DNA from: a bacterium
GTDB lineage: Bacteria; Hinthialibacterota; Hinthialibacteria; Hinthialibacterales; Hinthialibacteraceae
NCBI GenBank assembly: GCA_963662285.2
Contig: CAXXMV010000002.1
Location: 1,408,001 to 1,472,000 of the forward strand
Direction of reading: 5' to 3'
Length of the DNA: 64,000 nucleotides
Within the stretch, counting starts at the first letter, position 1. The number at the start of each line of letters is the position of its first letter. This document shows, piece after piece, positions 59,496 to 64,000 of this stretch. The notes beneath the pieces are model-generated. The model did no database searches, had not been told where the DNA came from, and was given only the letters and a program-made list of their open reading frames with translations. The translations under genes were made by a program, and so were the position numbers.

Positions 59496-62009
59496 TTATT
59501 GCCTCTTAATTGTATCACGACTTTCAGTAAAAAAATTACGCTGTTCCTCCAGACCGGGAAGAATGCGTGAGAGTATCACATAGCCGGGATTACTACTCAA
59601 TAATTCCAGGCGGATGCGATATTCCCCAGGCGGCATATCAGCCCTGAATGGCAGGAAAAACAATTGTCCTTGATCAACAACTTGATCCTTGGTATTTAAC
59701 ACATAGGTCTGCGAGTCTTCCGTAGACGCCAAATCATATAGCCGATGAGTCATCGTCCAAGAAGGGAACGGTCCTGGATTCAACCTACGAAAACCACCTT
59801 CAATCGTTATCTTTATTAAGTTTCGCTTAGTCGTTCCATACTCAGAAAAATACCGGATGGAAAGAGTCTCTTCGTCAGGAATGATTTTAGGGAAAATATA
59901 TTCCAACGGTTGCGCTTCCAGTCGGGCAGCCAAACGCTTCTCAAATAATTTTCCACTGGCAGGACGGCTGTGGTTAATCAGAAATAAAGCAGCTCCATCT
60001 GAATTAATCCGGATTTTATGTTTTCCAACTGTTATGGGTGGAAGAATTACCTGCATACGTTTTGAGGTGAGAACTGATTGGTGAATAACGGCGCCATCTA
60101 TTTCAAGAATATAAGGTATAGATTTTGATTCTTGAGAAAATATCATCAAAGTAGGTGTTATCTGACGCTCCTTAATTGGCGAAATGAAGGTCCATGTTAC
60201 TTCTCGCCCATTAGGAATCTCTTGATAGATTGAAGGCAGCGATTCATCACGCCGGATGTCTTTTGCCTGAGTCGGCGCGAGTAATTCACGGCCGCGCCAG
60301 CGGTTAACTGGTTGAAAACTCTCCCACTCATACAATCCTTCCGCCAGATAATCCTTATCTTCCGGCGGTCGAGTTTGATAGGCGATAGGAATTACCAATT
60401 GTGATCGCATCATAACTTGCTGGTTACTCGGTGGTAGATAAAACCAACTGCGGCGGTGTATCTCTTTCTGGTTGAAACGAATGTAATCTTCCGGTACCAT
60501 GGTTTGTTGGACAAGATTTTGCGGTCGATTGTAGCATGACGCTAAAAAGGGATTCTGCTCTGCTGTAATCCGTAACTTTTTCATCTTGGAAGAAATGGAA
60601 AAATAGTAGGATACAGAGTCGCTGACCGACGGGAAAATTTCCACCTTCGGTATGCTGTCATATTGCGAGGCCTCTGACGCAATGGCTAACCGTTCATGCT
60701 TGATCACATTATCTTCTGCATCCAGAAACTGACATATAGCAAAGGCATTACGTGAATGATTCTCTTCGCCATTCAACGCATAGGGAATGCGGAAATCTAA
60801 CCGAATCGGCGTAATACCCTCTGACTCTGATAAAATTTCATATTCAGCGGTTGCATCTTGAATTAAGAATGTACGAACATAGTTTGTATCAGGAGTGATT
60901 TCAGATTCTTTATTATCTTCACCGGAAAAATACGCCCGCGCAACCATATTGCATGGTGAAATTATCTCCAATAATCCTCCCGGCCATTGAGATGAAACAG
61001 TGGTAGATGAAATAATGGAAGATAATCGCATCTCCTCTCTCTCATCAAAACTGCGGCCATATTTTTTTAATACAATTTCTGGAGAAGCGGAATTCACTAC
61101 AGCGCCTTCTTCTTTGATAAATTCCAAGCGTATCTGACCCTCCTGATCAGGCAGCGGAATCATTGCATGTTGACCTGGATGTATGAACAAACCAGTCGGG
61201 AGAATTTTATTCTCTTCGACAGGATCGCCGATTTCATCAAGTACATGCATATTGCGTAATTGAAAATCTACGCCTTGTACTCCGGCAGGCGCCAGTCTAT
61301 CAGTCAGGCTTTTTAAGATATTAAGTTGTTCATCTTCGGTAAGTAGATCATAAGAATATACATTCCCTTGCGACAACTGTTCTTTCGCGCTGCGGGACAG
61401 CCTTCGCCATTGGTATCTAAGACGTTTGCTTGAGAATGGTTTCTGGATGTTCATGCGTAGACAAACATCCACCAGCGGAGTAGGGAGTATTCCCTGGCGA
61501 ATTTGGATGCCGCTAATCTGTTGATCCGGGGGCGCCAGGTTAGTTAATTTGAGACGAAAGGCCTGACCATCTAATGGCTTGATTCTTTCGTCTATATAAA
61601 ACGCCTTCGCGTGAGTTTGGTTGGTCTCGGCGTCAAGGTACTCTGTATACTGAGATCGGCAGTAATATTCTCCGTTTCTAACTGTTTCTCCCTCCGGATT
61701 TATTAAGCGATACTCAATCGAATAATTCCAGACATCATCCGGCGCCGCATCATGTTTCAAAGGGAGATTGGCGTTTGTGATAAGAGTAACAGATTCCAGG
61801 CCTGGCGGAAAATTAAAAACCATCCAGTCGTCAGGTTTTAATACAAATACGCCTAAGGAACGTGAACCTTCTATCAGTTGGCTTTCATATTTACTTACAT
61901 AGGATCTAACCAACCGATCCCAATGATCGGTGTGAAAGAAATAAATTCCTCCGGATAGCAATAGAAAGTAAAATAATATGCGCACTTTCATGGATTCACT
62001 GAATTCCAA
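59496..62009 (-). CDS. Hypothetical protein with an N-terminal membrane anchor and a large beta-rich extracytoplasmic region
   Basis: 837-aa ORF; single hydrophobic segment ILFYFLLLSGGIYFF; overlaps the upstream gene; no catalytic motif recognised. Confidence 0.75.
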   Translation of the reverse strand: MEFSESMKVRILFYFLLLSGGIYFFHTDHWDRLVRSYVSKYESQLIEGSRSLGVFVLKPDDWMVFNFPPGLESVTLITNANLPLKHDAAPDDVWNYSIEYRLINPEGETVRNGEYYCRSQYTEYLDAETNQTHAKAFYIDERIKPLDGQAFRLKLTNLAPPDQQISGIQIRQGILPTPLVDVCLRMNIQKPFSSKRLRYQWRRLSRSAKEQLSQGNVYSYDLLTEDEQLNILKSLTDRLAPAGVQGVDFQLRNMHVLDEIGDPVEENKILPTGLFIHPGQHAMIPLPDQEGQIRLEFIKEEGAVVNSASPEIVLKKYGRSFDEREEMRLSSIISSTTVSSQWPGGLLEIISPCNMVARAYFSGEDNKESEITPDTNYVRTFLIQDATAEYEILSESEGITPIRLDFRIPYALNGEENHSRNAFAICQFLDAEDNVIKHERLAIASEASQYDSIPKVEIFPSVSDSVSYYFSISSKMKKLRITAEQNPFLASCYNRPQNLVQQTMVPEDYIRFNQKEIHRRSWFYLPPSNQQVMMRSQLVIPIAYQTRPPEDKDYLAEGLYEWESFQPVNRWRGRELLAPTQAKDIRRDESLPSIYQEIPNGREVTWTFISPIKERQITPTLMIFSQESKSIPYILEIDGAVIHQSVLTSKRMQVILPPITVGKHKIRINSDGAALFLINHSRPASGKLFEKRLAARLEAQPLEYIFPKIIPDEETLSIRYFSEYGTTKRNLIKITIEGGFRRLNPGPFPSWTMTHRLYDLASTEDSQTYVLNTKDQVVDQGQLFFLPFRADMPPGEYRIRLELLSSNPGYVILSRILPGLEEQRNFFTESRDTIKRQ

Positions 62010-64000
62010 TCAAGCCAGGCGAATCGCGAGGCGATATATTTTTCTAGATTCTCTTCATTCATGACTTCAACTTGATAAATATTTTCAATCTTATCGTTGC
62101 GTGGATTCAAATTGACAACCAATGGTCTTTGTTCTGCGCCTGAACTCATGATTAAAAATGTTTGCATGGAATTGATATCAAATAAACGCGTAAACTGAAC
62201 CTCAGGATGCGTTTTCATCAGGTTTTGCAATGCGATAATATTACCTGTGCGCAAGTAATGGTTCACATCCTGAAATAACTCAACAGGAATTTGATCGGCT
62301 CCCGGATATTGACGGGCAGCGTCTAGCAGGTCATAAAGCACCGCTCGCTCAGTGGAAATATTAAGTGATGCGAAGTGACTTTCCTGCAATATGCTCTCGG
62401 TTTTGAGCCTGTAAGTTTTTCGAATTAATGGCGACAACCACAATCCAACAAACTCTTTATTCTCGGTCTGACGTAAATAATAGGCCTGCGATAAGTTGCT
62501 GGCCTCATACCCGGCAGTCTCCAGACTTCCATCCACCAGTTGGTATTTGAATTGATCTTCCTCCAGATAATCCAGAAACATCTTTCCCAAATATGAAAAC
62601 GACGATTGATCAATTGTACCATCGGCGAAAGAAACAATAGCTTCCGAGTCTGTAGTGGGAGCGTCCTGCCGTATACCGAATGCCCGGCAACTGATCACCA
62701 GCATCGGTTTTGATTTCATCTCTCGCAGTAATACCTGATTAACCAGATTGAGAAAATTGTTCTTGTTCTTCAGGCTGATGATATTTGCCGCCCCATCCAG
62801 GTTGCAATCTCGATGAGCGCCTGAAATCAATATAGCTCGAGCCTGGATGCGCTCGAACAACTCCACGCCATATTCAAAACTGTTCTGTTCATACAAGGGG
62901 CGGGTAACATGTACCAGAAATGGATTGCTTTTCTCTAGGCGGAACACAAACGTACCACGATAAGTGCGGGATTCGACTGCTTCTCTTTCTGTCAGAATCA
63001 AATAGTTTTGATTGGTTAATTTATGCCGATACCAGATAAAACGGTAACCAATAATCGAAGCAGCATTGGATATAGTATGAAATTCGGATAAACCGTCCGA
63101 TGTGAATGCTCCATCAACAAATTCGCTATCGATTATTTTGATAAGTGGAGTTACCACTTCCTGATCAAAATAAAGCATCTCATCTTCGGTTGGAGGTTTA
63201 TATAAATCAGAACCTTTATCAGCAATCTCTCCCTTTGTGTTCATTAACCAATCATACAGGTAGCCATCAATTCGAGTTACAAAGGTCTCCGGTTTAATTT
63301 CAGTCTTCTCATCCATCGCTTGAGCTAGCAGCGAACGCCGGTCTTTACGGTTTAGCCATAATTCCGCAAATCCCGACCATGTTAATTCACGCTGAATATT
63401 CTTAAACGGTCCATCTTTCCATTCAACGCGATATTCGCCAATCAACGATTTTAATATAGAGGGATTCAATCCCGCAGGAATTTGCGAGCGTATCCAAAGC
63501 GTACTATCAACATTGGTTGGATTGATAGCCTCTGTGATTCCGGTTAGAACGCGGATACTTTTTTCCGTATAACCCCGAATCTGCAACACATTACGCCGTG
63601 ACGCAATTTCGTGAAAAATATGGAAAAAACTACCTGGTTGAATCAATACATCTGACGAACCGTTTCGATTGATATTCCGCTTGGCGCCAGACGCCGCATA
63701 GGCCTTTCCATTAAGTGATTTCAATAGTATCAAACCAGACTCAAGCGTACGCCATTCCTCTATGGGTGAAGGAATTTCAACCAGCAACCCACTGTCTCTA
63801 GTATAATCAACCGCGTATATCCCCCATCCGTTCTCTGGCTGCTTTTCATGAAGATATAAATACTGATCCTCTACTCGCTCTACAATATAATTAGCCCGGT
63901 TTAAAAACAAACGCGCATTCAATAAATCTGCTTCATCATGCGTATGCGTGTATTTCATCAATAAGACAATGCCTTCTCTGAATTGGCTCTGTTCGTAGGG
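61988..64000 (-). CDS. 5'-truncated protein with two tandem degenerate copies of the hydrolase-like domain seen in 58519-59466
   Basis: Frame is open to the window edge (PYEQSQFREGIVLLMKY...). Repeat 1: GIYAV..GLLVEIPSPIEE..SFFHIFH..VLQIRGY. Repeat 2: GTFVFR..PFLVHVTRPLYE..NFLNLVN..VISCRAF. Confidence 0.75.
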   Translation of the reverse strand, partial: PYEQSQFREGIVLLMKYTHTHDEADLLNARLFLNRANYIVERVEDQYLYLHEKQPENGWGIYAVDYTRDSGLLVEIPSPIEEWRTLESGLILLKSLNGKAYAASGAKRNINRNGSSDVLIQPGSFFHIFHEIASRRNVLQIRGYTEKSIRVLTGITEAINPTNVDSTLWIRSQIPAGLNPSILKSLIGEYRVEWKDGPFKNIQRELTWSGFAELWLNRKDRRSLLAQAMDEKTEIKPETFVTRIDGYLYDWLMNTKGEIADKGSDLYKPPTEDEMLYFDQEVVTPLIKIIDSEFVDGAFTSDGLSEFHTISNAASIIGYRFIWYRHKLTNQNYLILTEREAVESRTYRGTFVFRLEKSNPFLVHVTRPLYEQNSFEYGVELFERIQARAILISGAHRDCNLDGAANIISLKNKNNFLNLVNQVLLREMKSKPMLVISCRAFGIRQDAPTTDSEAIVSFADGTIDQSSFSYLGKMFLDYLEEDQFKYQLVDGSLETAGYEASNLSQAYYLRQTENKEFVGLWLSPLIRKTYRLKTESILQESHFASLNISTERAVLYDLLDAARQYPGADQIPVELFQDVNHYLRTGNIIALQNLMKTHPEVQFTRLFDINSMQTFLIMSSGAEQRPLVVNLNPRNDKIENIYQVEVMNEENLEKYIASRFAWLDWNSVNP

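Noticed and set aside
1-64000. CRISPR arrays, tRNA/rRNA genes, IS elements
   Set aside because: Intergenic gaps are short (about 300 bp at most), and I saw no spaced direct repeats, RNA-gene signatures or transposase motifs. A small ncRNA cannot be excluded without a covariance-model search.

Overview
Gene-dense bacterial window, apparently from a diderm, possibly a PVC-related or candidate-phylum organism (inference only). It has three blocks. (1) About 0.2-37.4 kb is a hybrid cis-AT PKS/NRPS cluster: KS-AT(degenerate)-ACP; KS-AT-DH-ER-KR-ACP; KS-AT-ACP-aminotransferase-C-A(Thr)-T-E-C-A(Asp/Glu-like)-T-C-A(Phe)-T; C-A(Tyr)-T-E-like. No thioesterase and no fatty-acyl-AMP ligase are visible. 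It is flanked by an exported beta-lactamase-family serine hydrolase, an AsnB-type amidotransferase, a PvdE/SyrD-type ABC exporter and a ParA-DUF697-Sfp PPTase operon. (2) About 37.5-48.7 kb holds a PQQ-like beta-propeller protein and a phosphorelay: a multi-PAS/GAF hybrid kinase, a four-receiver/HPt/degenerate-GGDEF protein and a receiver fused to an unknown domain. (3) About 48.7-64 kb is a minus-strand gene cluster, truncated at the window edge. It encodes a HEAT-repeat-fused PgsB/CapB poly-gamma-glutamate synthetase, a 1798-aa TPR plus beta-barrel lipoprotein, a secreted PghP-like zinc hydrolase, a membrane-anchored protein and a protein carrying two catalytically degenerate copies of the same hydrolase fold. 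Block 3 looks like a synthase-dependent polyamide (gamma-PGA) secretion machine for a two-membrane envelope. No rRNA, tRNA, CRISPR array or transposase was recognised. All domain calls come from motif reading by eye; no database searches were run.
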